From Spirochaetia bacterium (GTDB lineage Bacteria > Spirochaetota > Spirochaetia > SZUA-6 > Bin103), in contig CBDBOV010000003.1 in the NCBI GenBank assembly GCA_965208575.1, forward strand, positions 320,001 through 384,000: a stretch of 64,000 bases of DNA, written 5' to 3'. This document shows positions 52,391 to 62,391 of this stretch, piece after piece. A program made the translations under genes and the position numbers. Under the pieces are notes generated by a model that was not told the DNA's origin, searched no databases, and worked only from the letters and a program-made list of their open reading frames with translations. Positions within the stretch are counted from its first letter, which is position 1, and every line of letters starts with the position of its first letter.

Positions 52391-52948
52391 ATGAGGACGA
52401 TACTTCGCGTCGCGTGTGCGGTTAGGGCCAACCCAATGGCGTACACCGGTTCGCGCATTGGTGTTGGAGTTGGCGTGCTCGTGGCGGTGGCGGCTGCGTT
52501 GGCGTCGTGCGCCGAACCGGTCCAACTGAGCGTCTGGGTTCATCGTTCGGAGCTGCTCGGCGATTACGCCAACCCGCCCCTCTGGGAGTGGAGCGTGGGC
52601 GCGGGCGCCGGGGTCGCCGTCTTGGAGGCGTCGTTCGACGGTGGGCCGTATCGACCCCTGCATCCATCGACACGGGCGTTCCGCCCATCACGGCCTCTCG
52701 CGCCGGGAATTCACAGGCTCTCGGTCCGCGTAAGGACGGCGGGCGCATTCCCTTCGACGAATGAGTCAGCCGCGGTGGCGCGCGTGGTGGAAACGCCGGG
52801 TGTGCAACCGGTCCCGGACGATCCGTGCTATGCGCCGGGGGCGAGTCGGTCCGGATGTGGCGGAGTAGACTCCGGCCAGTGGCCACTGCGGCAGATACGG
52901 TTGCCGCTTTCGTGGCAGGCGATGGCCGGCGTCCGGCCCACCGAGTGA
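52391..52948 (+). pseudogene. Lipoprotein fragment truncated at the start of a subtilisin (S8)-like domain
   Basis: Lipobox ALASC; PDDPCY..QWPLRQIRLPLSW then stop. Confidence 0.5.
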
Positions 52949-53034
52949 GGTGCGCCACCGGCGCGGGCTGCGGGATCGACCGGTGCGAGCGGGCGGTAAC
53001 GCGTCGGCCGACGATGCCGGCGGGTTACTCCCGG

Positions 53035-53511
53035 CTACGGGATGAGGGCCGCCATTACACGCTGCAGGATCGGGATCAGCACCGCCGCGCCGCCCAGCAC
53101 GGCCAGGATCCAGCGCGTCTGGACAGTGATTTCCTTGCGGACGTCGGCGATCTCCTTGCGGACGTCGGTGATCTCCTTGCCGAGATTCACACTCACCGCG
53201 GCAATTTCCTTGCGGACGTCGGTGATCTCGTTGCCGAGATCCACCCTCACCGCGACGATCTCCTTGCGAACCTCGGTGATCTCGTTGCCGAGATCCACCC
53301 TCACGGCGGCGATCTCCGCGTTCGTTCGCTTTTCCGACTCCGCTACGTGACGCAGAAACCGCTCCTCCAGGACCTGGAGCAGTTGCTCCTTCTGCACTTC
53401 GCGCCGTTCTTCCTGATCGGATTCGATGTGGCGCAACATCTCGACCAACGACTCGGTCGCTGCTTCTCCGAGGCGCTCCTGCAACGGACGTGGCACGGAC
53501 AGCACTGCCAT
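53035..53511 (-). CDS. Coiled-coil repeat protein with C-terminal TM anchor (DUF1640/Bdr-like)
   Basis: 18-aa (54-bp) repeats EIAAVRVDLGNEITEVRK; TRWILAVLGG tail. Confidence 0.8.
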   Translation of the reverse strand: MAVLSVPRPLQERLGEAATESLVEMLRHIESDQEERREVQKEQLLQVLEERFLRHVAESEKRTNAEIAAVRVDLGNEITEVRKEIVAVRVDLGNEITDVRKEIAAVSVNLGKEITDVRKEIADVRKEITVQTRWILAVLGGAAVLIPILQRVMAALIP

Positions 53512-53672
53512 GACTCAAACTACCCGCTTCCCACTGTACCGGGGTCGGCGAAGATGGTCCATCGCTCGCGCCTGGTAGTACGTGGGCATTGCCCGCGCGG
53601 TCGTTTGGCTGGTAGACTGCGTTCGCACGCATACCCGGACGAGGTGTGCGGTATTGAGGGGCATCCAATTCC

Positions 53673-53987
53673 ATGTTGAAAAAGAGAGTCGAGGGAATCG
53701 TACACGGGGCAACCGACGTGGTTGCCGGAGCGCTGGACGCGCGGGCGAATTCGATTTCGGTGCGGCCCGACGACGAGTGCCTGATGCGGATCGACGAGCT
53801 GGTGGAGGCGGAGGTGTTCTCGGACCGTTCGTCGGCGACCACCTTTCTCGTTACCGAGGGCATCAAGGCCAATGCCGAGATGTTCGCCAAGATTCAGGAC
53901 GGATTCGCGGAGATTCGCCGGGTAAAGGAGCAGTTGCGCAACCTGCGCGGCGCCGATACGGCAAGCGAGGAGGCCGGGGAGGTGTAG
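53673..53987 (+). CDS. Hypothetical protein (possible ribbon-helix-helix plus coiled coil)
   Basis: ISVRPDDECLMRIDELVEAEVFSDRSSA resembles an RHH motif. Confidence 0.65.
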   Translation: MLKKRVEGIVHGATDVVAGALDARANSISVRPDDECLMRIDELVEAEVFSDRSSATTFLVTEGIKANAEMFAKIQDGFAEIRRVKEQLRNLRGADTASEEAGEV

Positions 53988-54087
53988 GACTGCGCTGCCC
54001 GGCGGCGTATTCCGGACGCTGCCACTCCGGACGCTGCTAGCGCCCTGAAACCGCCGCCTGCGGCGCCGCTTCCGGCCCAACCGGCCT

Positions 54088-54124
54088 GCCTAGAAGGCTG
54101 TCGGAACCCGACAGCCTTCTAGGC
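54088..54124. terminator. Perfect 17-bp inverted repeat at the trxB stop (terminator or IS scar)
   Basis: gcctagaaggctgtcgg-aac-ccgacagccttctaggc between convergent genes. Confidence 0.55.
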
Positions 54125-55069
54125 GGCGTGCTCCGACAGGTAGCGTTCGGCTTCCATGGCGGCCATGCAGCCGCTGCCGGCGGCGGTCACGGCCTGCCGG
54201 TATATCTTGTCCTGCACGTCGCCGCAGGCGAACACGCCGGGCCGGCTGGTGGCGGTGGAGTTGCCGGGGGTGATCAGGTAGCCGGACTCGTCGGTTTCCA
54301 GTTGGCCGGCGAGAAACGACGTGTTGGGCTCGTGCCCGATGGCGAAGAACAAGCCGCCGGCCTCGAGTTCGTGGTCGGCGCCGCTGTGCACGTCGCTGAC
54401 CCGTACGCCGCCCACGAGGTCGTCGCCGAGCACCTCGCTGAGCACGGTGTTCCACGACACGTCGATGGTCTCGTTGGCGAACACCCGCTGTTGCATCGCC
54501 TTGGAGGCGCGCATCTGGTCGCGGCGCACGAGCATGGTGACGCGGCTGGCGTACTTGGTGAGGAAGGTGGCTTCCTCGGCCGCGGTGTCGCCGCCGCCCA
54601 CCACGACCAGGTGCTTGCCGCGGAACACCGGCAGGGCGCCGTCGCACACGGCGCAGGCCGAGATGCCGCGCTGCCAGAGGCGCTCGGCGCCCGGCACGGA
54701 CAGCCGCTTGGCGGTGGCGCCGGTCGCGATGATCACCGTGCGCGCCGCCACCGTGGCGCCGCCGTCGGTGGTCACCCGGTAGGGCGGCGCGCTCAGGTCG
54801 ACCGCGCTCACGGTCTCGGTGACGATGCGCGCGCCGCTACGCTCCGATTGCCGCCGCATCAGGTCCATCAGCTCGGGTCCGCCGATGCCATCCGGGAAGC
54901 CGGGGTAGTTCTCGACGTCGGTGGTGGTGGTGAGCTGGCCGCCGGCGGCGACGCCGCCGGCCATGAAGCCCTCGTACATCAGCGGCTCCAGCATGGCGCG
55001 CCCGGCATACACGGCGGCCGTGTGGCCCGCCGGACCGGAGCCGACGATGACGCAGTTCTCGGTTGTCAC
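54119..55069 (-). CDS. trxB: Thioredoxin reductase
   Basis: [22 protein letters not shown]. Confidence 0.97.
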   Translation of the reverse strand: MTTENCVIVGSGPAGHTAAVYAGRAMLEPLMYEGFMAGGVAAGGQLTTTTDVENYPGFPDGIGGPELMDLMRRQSERSGARIVTETVSAVDLSAPPYRVTTDGGATVAARTVIIATGATAKRLSVPGAERLWQRGISACAVCDGALPVFRGKHLVVVGGGDTAAEEATFLTKYASRVTMLVRRDQMRASKAMQQRVFANETIDVSWNTVLSEVLGDDLVGGVRVSDVHSGADHELEAGGLFFAIGHEPNTSFLAGQLETDESGYLITPGNSTATSRPGVFACGDVQDKIYRQAVTAAGSGCMAAMEAERYLSEHAA

Positions 55070-55088
55070 TCGCGGGCTGCCAGGCAGC

Positions 55089-55691
55089 TCAGGCGGAGAA
55101 GCGCTCGGCTACCGCGTCCCAGTTGATGACGTTGAAGAACGCGGCGATGTAGTCGGGGCGCCGGTTCTGGTAGTTCAGGTAGTAGGCGTGCTCCCACACG
55201 TCCATGCCCAGGATCGGGGTGTCGCCCTGCATCAGCGGGCTGTCCTGGTTGGCCGTGCTGTACACGGCAACGCCGCCCTCGCCCTTCTTCACCAGCCACG
55301 CCCAGCCGCTGCCGAAGCGCGTGGTGCCGGCGGCCGCGAACGCCTCCTTGAAGCCGTCGAAGCTGCCGCACGCGGCGTTGATGGCGTTGGCAAGTGCGCC
55401 GCTCGGCTCGCCGCCGCCGCCGGGGCCCATCACGGACCAGAACAGCGAGTGGTTGGCGTGGCCGCCGCCGTTGTTCTGCACCGCGGTGCGGATATCGGCC
55501 GGCACCTGGGAGATATCGCGCATCAGCTTGTCGATGTCCCAGCTCTCGAACTCGGTGCCGGCGACCGCCGCGTTGAGATTGGTCACGTAGGTGGCGTGGT
55601 GCTTGTCATGGTGGATGGTCATGGTCTGCGCATCGATATGCGGCTCCAGAGCATCGTAAGCGTAGGGCAGGGGAGGGGTCTCGAAGGCCAT
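55089..55691 (-). CDS. sodA: Superoxide dismutase (Mn-type residues)
   Basis: [28 protein letters not shown]. Confidence 0.95.
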   Translation of the reverse strand: MAFETPPLPYAYDALEPHIDAQTMTIHHDKHHATYVTNLNAAVAGTEFESWDIDKLMRDISQVPADIRTAVQNNGGGHANHSLFWSVMGPGGGGEPSGALANAINAACGSFDGFKEAFAAAGTTRFGSGWAWLVKKGEGGVAVYSTANQDSPLMQGDTPILGMDVWEHAYYLNYQNRRPDYIAAFFNVINWDAVAERFSA

Positions 55692-55742
55692 GTGTTACTC
55701 CTTGTAACGCGTAGTTTATGAAGTGGGATTAACCTCACCGGC

Positions 55743-55771
55743 AAAGTACTATCGGCCCCCAAGGGGGTCAA
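55743..55771 (-). promoter_or_regulatory. sod promoter with a CCCCC-TT-GGGGG dyad in the spacer
   Basis: TTGACC-17 bp-TACTTT. Confidence 0.6.
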
Positions 55772-55860
55772 CCGCGCGCCCGCGGGCCCGCGCGCCGGGG
55801 CCTGCCGCGTGCGGCGCCGAGCCCTCACTCGGGTGGCGCGAGATTGCGCGGGTGGCGGGG

Positions 55861-56898
55861 TCAGCGCGCGGCGCTCAGTTGCGGCTCGCGATGCCGTCCC
55901 GGTGTTCGCCCCGTGCGGTCGCCGCGCTGCGCCAGGTGGCGCGCCACGATCGCCCGCGCGTCGGCCAGGTCTGCGCATTCCATCAAGGCCACGCGCAACG
56001 CCCGGGTGTCGGGAAAGCCTGCCAGGTAGGCCTTGAAGTGGCGGCGCATCTCCACGAACGGGCGCACCTCGCCGAGCAGGCGGTCGAACAGGGCGGCATG
56101 CTCCAGCATCGTTTCGAGCACCCGCTCCAGTCCCAGCTCGCGCTTGCGTACGGTGGGGTGAAACAGCCACGGATTGCCGAATATGGCGCGTCCGAGCATG
56201 ACGCCGTCGGCGCCGGTCTGCGCGGCAAGCTCGCGGCCGTGGGCGGGGTCGCGCACGTCGCCGTTGCCGATGATCGGCACGCCGCTGCCGCGCGCCTGGC
56301 GGACGGCGCGCGCGATGGCATCCCAGTGCGCGGCGGTGTTGGACAGCTCGCGTACGGTGCGGGCGTGCAGGGTGATTGCCGCCGGTCGCAACTCCAGCAG
56401 TACCGCGAGCCACTCCTCGAGTATGTCGCGCGCTATGCCGAGGCGGGTCTTGATCGATACCGGGAGGCCGCCGGCGCCCTCGCGCGCGGCGGCGTAGATC
56501 TCGCGCATGCGCGCCGGGTCGCCGATCAGCGCGGCGCCGGCGCCCTGGCGGAGCACGCGCCGGTCCGGGCAGCCGGTGTTGATGTCGATGCCGTCGAAAC
56601 CGAGCTCCCGCGCCAGTTGCGCGCAGCGGTAGAACGGCTCCGGGCGCGGTCCGAAGAACTGCACCACCAGCGGCCGTTCGCTCTCATGGTAGGTAAGTTC
56701 CGCCAGCAGCCGGTCGCGCCCGCGCGAGCACAGGCCTTCGCAGGAGGTGAACTCGGTCATCATCAGGTGCGGCCGCCCGCAGCGCGCGATGATCTGCCGG
56801 AACGCCGTGTCGGTGACGTTGGCCATCGGCGCGAGCAGCATCATCGGCCGCGGCAGGGTGTCCCAGAAACTCGGCGGAGGAACGGCGTTGACTTGCAC
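55861..56898 (-). CDS. tRNA-dihydrouridine synthase
   Basis: LAPMANVTD, DINTGCP, LHART, GNGDV. Confidence 0.93.
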   Translation of the reverse strand: MQVNAVPPPSFWDTLPRPMMLLAPMANVTDTAFRQIIARCGRPHLMMTEFTSCEGLCSRGRDRLLAELTYHESERPLVVQFFGPRPEPFYRCAQLARELGFDGIDINTGCPDRRVLRQGAGAALIGDPARMREIYAAAREGAGGLPVSIKTRLGIARDILEEWLAVLLELRPAAITLHARTVRELSNTAAHWDAIARAVRQARGSGVPIIGNGDVRDPAHGRELAAQTGADGVMLGRAIFGNPWLFHPTVRKRELGLERVLETMLEHAALFDRLLGEVRPFVEMRRHFKAYLAGFPDTRALRVALMECADLADARAIVARHLAQRGDRTGRTPGRHREPQLSAAR

Positions 56899-56915
56899 GG
56901 CGCCTCAACCTACGT

Positions 56916-57926
56916 TTGTTGGTGCCCGTGGGTCCAGAGTCAAGCGAAACGACAGCAACGACCGCAGCCCCGGCGGTTGTTCCCACCGCCGCGGCGGACA
57001 CCGCCTACCGGCGCAAGCCCGAGTGGCTGCGTACCCGTCCCGCGGCCAGCGAGGAATTCGGGGCGGTGCGGCGCCTGATGCGCGCCAAGGCGCTCACCAC
57101 GGTGTGCGAGGAGGCGCGCTGCCCCAACATCCACGAGTGCTGGGGTACCCACGGCACCGCCACGTTCATGATCCTGGGCAGTGTCTGCACGCGCCGCTGC
57201 CGGTTCTGCTCGGTGGCTACCGGCCTGCCGACCGAGCTGGACCTGGATGAGCCACGGCGGTTGGCCGAGGCGGTCGCCGAGATGGGGCTGCGCCACGTCG
57301 TGGTGACCATGGTGAACCGCGACGACCTTGCGGACGGCGGCGCCGGGGTGTGCGCGGCAACGGTGGCCGCGATCCGCGCCGCCTCGCGCTGCAGCGTGGA
57401 GCTGCTCACCTCCGACTTCGGCGGCGACGCAGCGGCCATCGCCACCGTGGTGCGCGCCGCGCCGGAGGTGCTGTCGCACAACGTGGAGACGGTGCGCCGC
57501 CTGACGCCGCGGGTGCGTTCCCATTCCCGCTACGACCGTTCCCTCCGTTTCCTGGAGACCGCGCATCGCCTCGCTCCCCACCTGCTGGTCAAGTCCAGCC
57601 TGATGGTGGGGCTCGGCGAAACGGCCGAGGAGGTGCGCGCGACGCTGCGCGACCTGCGTTCGGTCGGCGTGTCGATCGTCAACATCGGCCAGTACCTGCA
57701 GCCCACCGCGCAACAGCTCTCGGTGGTACGCTACTGGCACCCACGGGAGTTCGCCGACCTGCGCCGCGCGGCGCGGGCCATGGGATTCATGCACTGCGAG
57801 GCGGGGCCGTTCGTGCGCTCCTCCTACCACGCCGGCGAACAACTCGCGGGCCTGGCGGCGCGCCACTCCGGCGCCACGTTCAACGGCGCCGGCCCGCCGT
57901 CAGATAGCGGAGCGTCCTCGCGGTAG
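56916..57926 (+). CDS. lipA: Lipoyl synthase
   Basis: CEEARCPNIHEC, CTRRCRFC, VRSSYHA. Confidence 0.97.
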   Translation: MLVPVGPESSETTATTAAPAVVPTAAADTAYRRKPEWLRTRPAASEEFGAVRRLMRAKALTTVCEEARCPNIHECWGTHGTATFMILGSVCTRRCRFCSVATGLPTELDLDEPRRLAEAVAEMGLRHVVVTMVNRDDLADGGAGVCAATVAAIRAASRCSVELLTSDFGGDAAAIATVVRAAPEVLSHNVETVRRLTPRVRSHSRYDRSLRFLETAHRLAPHLLVKSSLMVGLGETAEEVRATLRDLRSVGVSIVNIGQYLQPTAQQLSVVRYWHPREFADLRRAARAMGFMHCEAGPFVRSSYHAGEQLAGLAARHSGATFNGAGPPSDSGASSR

Positions 57927-57954
57927 CAGGCAGACGCACCTGCGACCCGGGCCG

Positions 57955-58890
57955 TCAGCCGGCAAACAACCAGGCGTCGGCGAGCACGATGACGAGCAGG
58001 GCCGGGAGGTAGAGTACTGACGCGCGCAGCAGCCGGCGGGCGCTGTCCTGGTCGCGACGGCGGGCGAACGAGATTCCGGCCGCCAGGTAGAGCAGCCCGA
58101 TCACCAGGGCGCCGGCGGCGTAGGCGGCGCCGGCCGTGCCGGCGGCGGTGAGCGACATCGACACCGGGATCAGTACCGCCAGAAACACGATTACCTGAGT
58201 GGTCAGAAATCGGCCGCCGGCGCCGACATCGCTGGCCATCTTCAGGCCGGCGCGGCGGTAGTCGTCGCGGTAGGTCCAGGCGATGGCGTAGAAGTGCGGA
58301 TGCTGCCAGAGGAACAGGACGGCGAACAGAATCCAGGCGCCGGCCTGCACGCCGCCGGTGGCGGCGGACCAGCCGATCAGCGGCGGCAGGGCGCCGGGAA
58401 TGGCGCCGAGCGGGGTGTTCAGCCAGGAGCGGCGCTTCATCGGCGTGTACACCAGCAGGTAGAGCAGCGCCGCGAGTGCGCCGATCAGCGCCGGCAGCAG
58501 GCCGCCGCCGCGCCACAGCAGGAGGGCGCCGGCGGCCAGCAGCAGCGCTCCGAAGCAGGCCGCGGCGCGGCGCGACACCGCACCGCGCGGCAGCGCGCGC
58601 CGGCGGGTGCGCTCCATGCGCGCGTCCACCTCGTGCTCGAGCACGTTGTTGAGGACACCGGAACCGGCGGACAGCAGGGCGGTACCGATCAGCACAAGCG
58701 CCAGCACCGCACCGCCGTCCGGCGCCGCGCCGGCCGCTCCGTAGCCGAGCGCCGTGGCGGCCACCACCATCAGCACGATGCGCTCCTTGACCAGGGAGCG
58801 CAGTGCCCCGAACCGGGACCACGTGGCGGCGCGCAGCCCGGCGTGGCCGCCGGTGGCGGCGCGCGGCGCCGGGGTGGGGGCGCCGGTCAT
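57955..58890 (-). CDS. ctaB: Heme o synthase (protoheme IX farnesyltransferase)
   Basis: DARMERTRRR, YTPMKR, LWQHPHF. Confidence 0.93.
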   Translation of the reverse strand: MTGAPTPAPRAATGGHAGLRAATWSRFGALRSLVKERIVLMVVAATALGYGAAGAAPDGGAVLALVLIGTALLSAGSGVLNNVLEHEVDARMERTRRRALPRGAVSRRAAACFGALLLAAGALLLWRGGGLLPALIGALAALLYLLVYTPMKRRSWLNTPLGAIPGALPPLIGWSAATGGVQAGAWILFAVLFLWQHPHFYAIAWTYRDDYRRAGLKMASDVGAGGRFLTTQVIVFLAVLIPVSMSLTAAGTAGAAYAAGALVIGLLYLAAGISFARRRDQDSARRLLRASVLYLPALLVIVLADAWLFAG

Positions 58891-59059
58891 GGCCGTTGCT
58901 CCACGGCAGCGGCGGCGTGCCGCAACGCGAAGGACGCGGCCCGGCAGCGGGGCACACCGCCACCGCGGGCGCCGGCCATGGCGTTCACGAGACGCGCCGC
59001 AACCTCACGGCACTGTCCCTGGTATCGCGACCGGTTGCCTGTGCGCCGACAAGGCGCGT

Positions 59060-59320
59060 GCGTGCAGCGGCATGCAGGCAACCTGAGTGGGCTACCCATG
59101 GCGGCGCGGTTGCGTGGGCGCGGCGGATGGCGTTCGTGCCGGAAGCGGGATGCACCGCAACCTGAAGGGCTACCCATGGCGGTGCGGTTGCGTGAGCGCG
59201 GCGGATGGCGTTCGTGCCGGAAGCGGCATGCAGCGCAACCTGGAACGGCTACCCATGGCGGCGCGGTTGAGTGAGCGCGGCGGATGGCGTTCGTGCCGGA
59301 AGCGGGAAGCACCGCAAAAG
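59060..59320. repeat. Three or more tandem ~78-bp copies of the ctaA 3' end, including its stop codon
   Basis: ggctacccatggcgg..gcggatggcgttcgtgccggaagcgg at 59090, 59168 and 59247. Confidence 0.9.
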
Positions 59321-60286
59321 GAACAGCAGCGAGACGGCGAGCAGCGCCGCACCAAGCAGGACGTGGAAGCTGGCCAGCGCCGGGGAGCGCGCGGTGAGCA
59401 CGGTGAGCACGCCGAGCAGGGCCTGCAGCACGGTCGCCGTGTTGATCCACTTCAGCAGCCGCCGTGCGGTCGGAAAACCGCCGCTGCGGTAGACGGCGCG
59501 GTTGGCAGCGACCACGGCGACACCGACGCCGGCGGCGCCGAGCCGGTGGAGGAAGTGGATCACCATCTGTGCCTTGGTGACCGGTTCAAGCAACAGTTCG
59601 AACCGGCGGGCGTTGACGTGCGCGAGCATCCGGTCGTTGAACAGCGGCACCAACTGGCCGCCCATGAGCGGAAAGTCGGGTATCGCGATGCCGGACTCGG
59701 TATGGCGCATCAGCGCCCCGAGCAGCAACTGCAGGTATACCGCCGCGATCAGGGCGATGGCGGCAGCGTACACGGCACGGCTGTGTGGCGAGGGTTCGGA
59801 ACGGTCCCGCGGTGCGGGCGCCTGGGCGGCGGTGTGGCGCCCGGCCCACTCGCGCGATTCGGCGTAGGCGATGAACACCAGGAGCAGCAGCAGCGTCTGC
59901 GCCAACACGGCATGGGTCATCGAGACCGGCGTCGGCAGCAGCAGGAGCACCGTCAATCCGCCCAGCCCGCCCTGGATCAGAATCACCACCAACGCCAACC
60001 AGGCCAGAACCCGCACCCACCGCCGCCGCTCTCGCCAGTTCACCACCAGCGCCTGAATCACCACCAGCAGGCCGACGGCGGCGGCCGCCATGCGGTGGCC
60101 GTGCTCATACAGGATGCCGCCCACCATGGGTGGGAACAGCATGCCGTACGAGAGTGGCCAATCGGGTACCGCCAGCCCCGATCCGGTGCTGGTTACCAAG
60201 CTGCCGATGAACACGAGCAGCAGCGTCGCGCCGGCGGAGACCTTGGTCAGCACGCGCACGCGGGCGTCAGTAGGGATTGTCACCAT
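59249..60286 (-). CDS. ctaA: Heme A synthase (COX15/CtaA)
   Basis: GSGLAVPDWP, YEHGHR, HFLHRLGA. Confidence 0.9.
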   Translation of the reverse strand: MVTIPTDARVRVLTKVSAGATLLLVFIGSLVTSTGSGLAVPDWPLSYGMLFPPMVGGILYEHGHRMAAAAVGLLVVIQALVVNWRERRRWVRVLAWLALVVILIQGGLGGLTVLLLLPTPVSMTHAVLAQTLLLLLVFIAYAESREWAGRHTAAQAPAPRDRSEPSPHSRAVYAAAIALIAAVYLQLLLGALMRHTESGIAIPDFPLMGGQLVPLFNDRMLAHVNARRFELLLEPVTKAQMVIHFLHRLGAAGVGVAVVAANRAVYRSGGFPTARRLLKWINTATVLQALLGVLTVLTARSPALASFHVLLGAALLAVSLLFLLRCFPLPARTPSAALTQPRRHG

Positions 60287-60363
60287 GAATGTCGCCGGGC
60301 GGGTGGAAGATACGCTTTTTCAGGCCACCGGCAACGGCCGCGCCACGCCGCGCGTGCGAGCGG

Positions 60364-61014
60364 TTAGTGGATCGGCACCATGGCAAATGCCAGTGACGAC
60401 TCGATTTCGCGGACGGCGGAAGCGACTTCGCGTGCGATCAGGTCGAGCTTGCTGATCTGCCGGATGCGCGGCGTGACCTGCTTCAACTCGCGGCTCGAAA
60501 GGAGGCTGCTGAAGATGCCGCACACGTCGGCGAGCGCGATCAGGACCACGTCGCGGACGTCCGGGATCTGGTCGGTGAACAACACCTCCATGATGCGCAG
60601 CTTGACCTCGCGCAGGGTCTGGTTGTCGATCACCGGGTAGCGGCGGGTGTGGAATACCCACAGGAAGCGCCCCTGCTCTTCGCGCAGAATGCCGCGTTCG
60701 ACCAGCCGCGAAAGCGAGCGCTCGCGAATATCTCTTGCATAGGGAGTGATTTGCTGAATCCAGTCGCGGGTGTTGTAGGTCACCATCGAGCTGGTGATGC
60801 GGCGGAACGTGGGCTCGAGCAGGTCGTCGTCGATCGGTGTCCGGTCTACCACGAACAGACGCTCCGGATCGGTGTCGATGCGCCCTTCCATCGCCAGGTC
60901 CATCAGCACCGATCCCGCCAGCGCGAATTCGAGGGATTGCACCGGCAAGTCGACAAACGTACCATCGCCGTCGTCGAGCAACAGCAACATGATCTCTTCA
61001 GAGAACCTGAGCAT
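60364..61014 (-). CDS. GPP34 (Golgi phosphoprotein 3) family protein
   Basis: EEIMLLLLDD, LAGSVLMDL..GRI, LVERGIL..FLWVF..RRYP. Confidence 0.85.
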   Translation of the reverse strand: MLRFSEEIMLLLLDDGDGTFVDLPVQSLEFALAGSVLMDLAMEGRIDTDPERLFVVDRTPIDDDLLEPTFRRITSSMVTYNTRDWIQQITPYARDIRERSLSRLVERGILREEQGRFLWVFHTRRYPVIDNQTLREVKLRIMEVLFTDQIPDVRDVVLIALADVCGIFSSLLSSRELKQVTPRIRQISKLDLIAREVASAVREIESSLAFAMVPIH

Positions 61015-61169
61015 GCACCTACCTCCTCACTCGCCGCGACCGGCGAGGACAGCGTGTTTCATAACCATGACACATCAGCCGGCAGTGGTCCAGTCCGCCG
61101 GCAGTGGTCGCCAGGGTCGCCGGCGCGGGTGGCGCCGCCCCGACCGGACGTGCCCGCTGAGGCGCCGCG

Positions 61170-61622
61170 ATGGCTGACGGCGCGGCGCCTCGGCGCCACG
61201 ACCGGCACGACCGCCACAACCGCGACTCTGGCGACGCCGGCATCATCGCCGCGGCGACCGCGGCGCGCGGCTTCTCCTACGCCCCCTACTCGCGGTTCCG
61301 GGTCGGTGCCGCGGTGCGCACCGACAGCGGCACCATCCATGCCGGCTGCAATGTCGAGAACGCCGCCTATCCGGAGGGGGTGTGCGCGGAGGCCTCCGCC
61401 CTGGCGGCGATGGTTATGGCGGGCGAGCAGCGCGTGACGGCGGTCGCCGTGGTGGGCGCCGGGGAGCAGTTGTGCACGCCGTGCGGCGGCTGCCGCCAGA
61501 AGATCCGCGAATTCGGGCGCGCCGACACGCGCGTGCTGGTGTGCGGCCCGGAAGGGCTGCGCAGAGAATTCAGTCTCGGCGAGCTGCTGCCCGAATCGTT
61601 CGGCCCCGACAACCTCGCGTGA
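61170..61622 (+). CDS. cdd: Cytidine deaminase
   Basis: YAPYSRFRVGAA, GCNVENAAY, CAE, PCGGCRQ. Confidence 0.95.
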   Translation: MADGAAPRRHDRHDRHNRDSGDAGIIAAATAARGFSYAPYSRFRVGAAVRTDSGTIHAGCNVENAAYPEGVCAEASALAAMVMAGEQRVTAVAVVGAGEQLCTPCGGCRQKIREFGRADTRVLVCGPEGLRREFSLGELLPESFGPDNLA

Positions 61623-61648
61623 ACAGCGAGCAGCCGGCAGCCGGTTGC

Positions 61649-61864
61649 TCAGGCGGCGGTGTTCAGCAGCCGGTCGATCAGGACGAATGCGAGGGCGGCC
61701 TGCTCGTTGCGCGACAGGTCGTTCTCGATGGTGGCGAGCAGCCGGTCGATGCGCGGCCCCGCCTGCGGGTCCTCGCGGGCGAGGCGGAACGCCGCTTCCA
61801 GTTGCGCCTGGTTGATGCAATACACCGACTCCCCACCGGTGATGTCGACCGACCGGACCGCCAT
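61649..61864 (-). CDS. Hypothetical protein
   Basis: 71-aa ORF directly downstream of the iscA-like gene, GC-biased codons. Confidence 0.6.
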   Translation of the reverse strand: MAVRSVDITGGESVYCINQAQLEAAFRLAREDPQAGPRIDRLLATIENDLSRNEQAALAFVLIDRLLNTAA

Positions 61865-61870
61865 GCGCGG

Positions 61871-62215
61871 TCAGACGGCGAAACTGGAACCGCAGCCGCA
61901 CGCCTTGCTGGCGTTGGGATTGCGGAACCGGAAGCCGAGATTGATCAGGTCGTCGGAGTAATCGATCTCCAGGCCGTCGACGTGCTGCGAACTGTTGCGG
62001 TCGGCGAGGATGCGGACGCCGCCGGAGCCGAATACCTTGCGGTCGAAGGGGGTTTCGGTGGTGTCGACCGCGGCTTCGTAGGTCATCCCGGCGCAGCCCC
62101 CCTCGGTGACCCAGATGCGGAGGAACTGGTCGGCTTCTCCGGTAATCCGGGTGATCTCGGCGATGGCACGCTCGCTGACGTTGATCAGCGGCTGGCTGGT
62201 AATGGTTTGCTGCAC
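61871..62215 (-). CDS. HesB/IscA Fe-S cluster assembly accessory protein
   Basis: GGCAGMTY and NPNASKACGCGSSF. Confidence 0.93.
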   Translation of the reverse strand: MQQTITSQPLINVSERAIAEITRITGEADQFLRIWVTEGGCAGMTYEAAVDTTETPFDRKVFGSGGVRILADRNSSQHVDGLEIDYSDDLINLGFRFRNPNASKACGCGSSFAV

Positions 62216-62391
62216 GGCGCGACTCCTCGTGAGCAAGCTACTGTCGCCGCCCGACCGTGTCAAACGGCGGCAACCGCGCCGGGGCGACCGCACGGCGCCG
62301 GGTCGTTCGCCTCGTCGCGCAACATGCTCATCTAGCGCCCCAACCGCCGCCTGCCGGCGTCGCCTTTGGCCCATCCCGTCCTCTCGACTAG

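Noticed and set aside
59060-59320. 78-bp repeats as a CRISPR array
   Set aside because: Whole units are similar, derive from the ctaA 3' end and have no spacers
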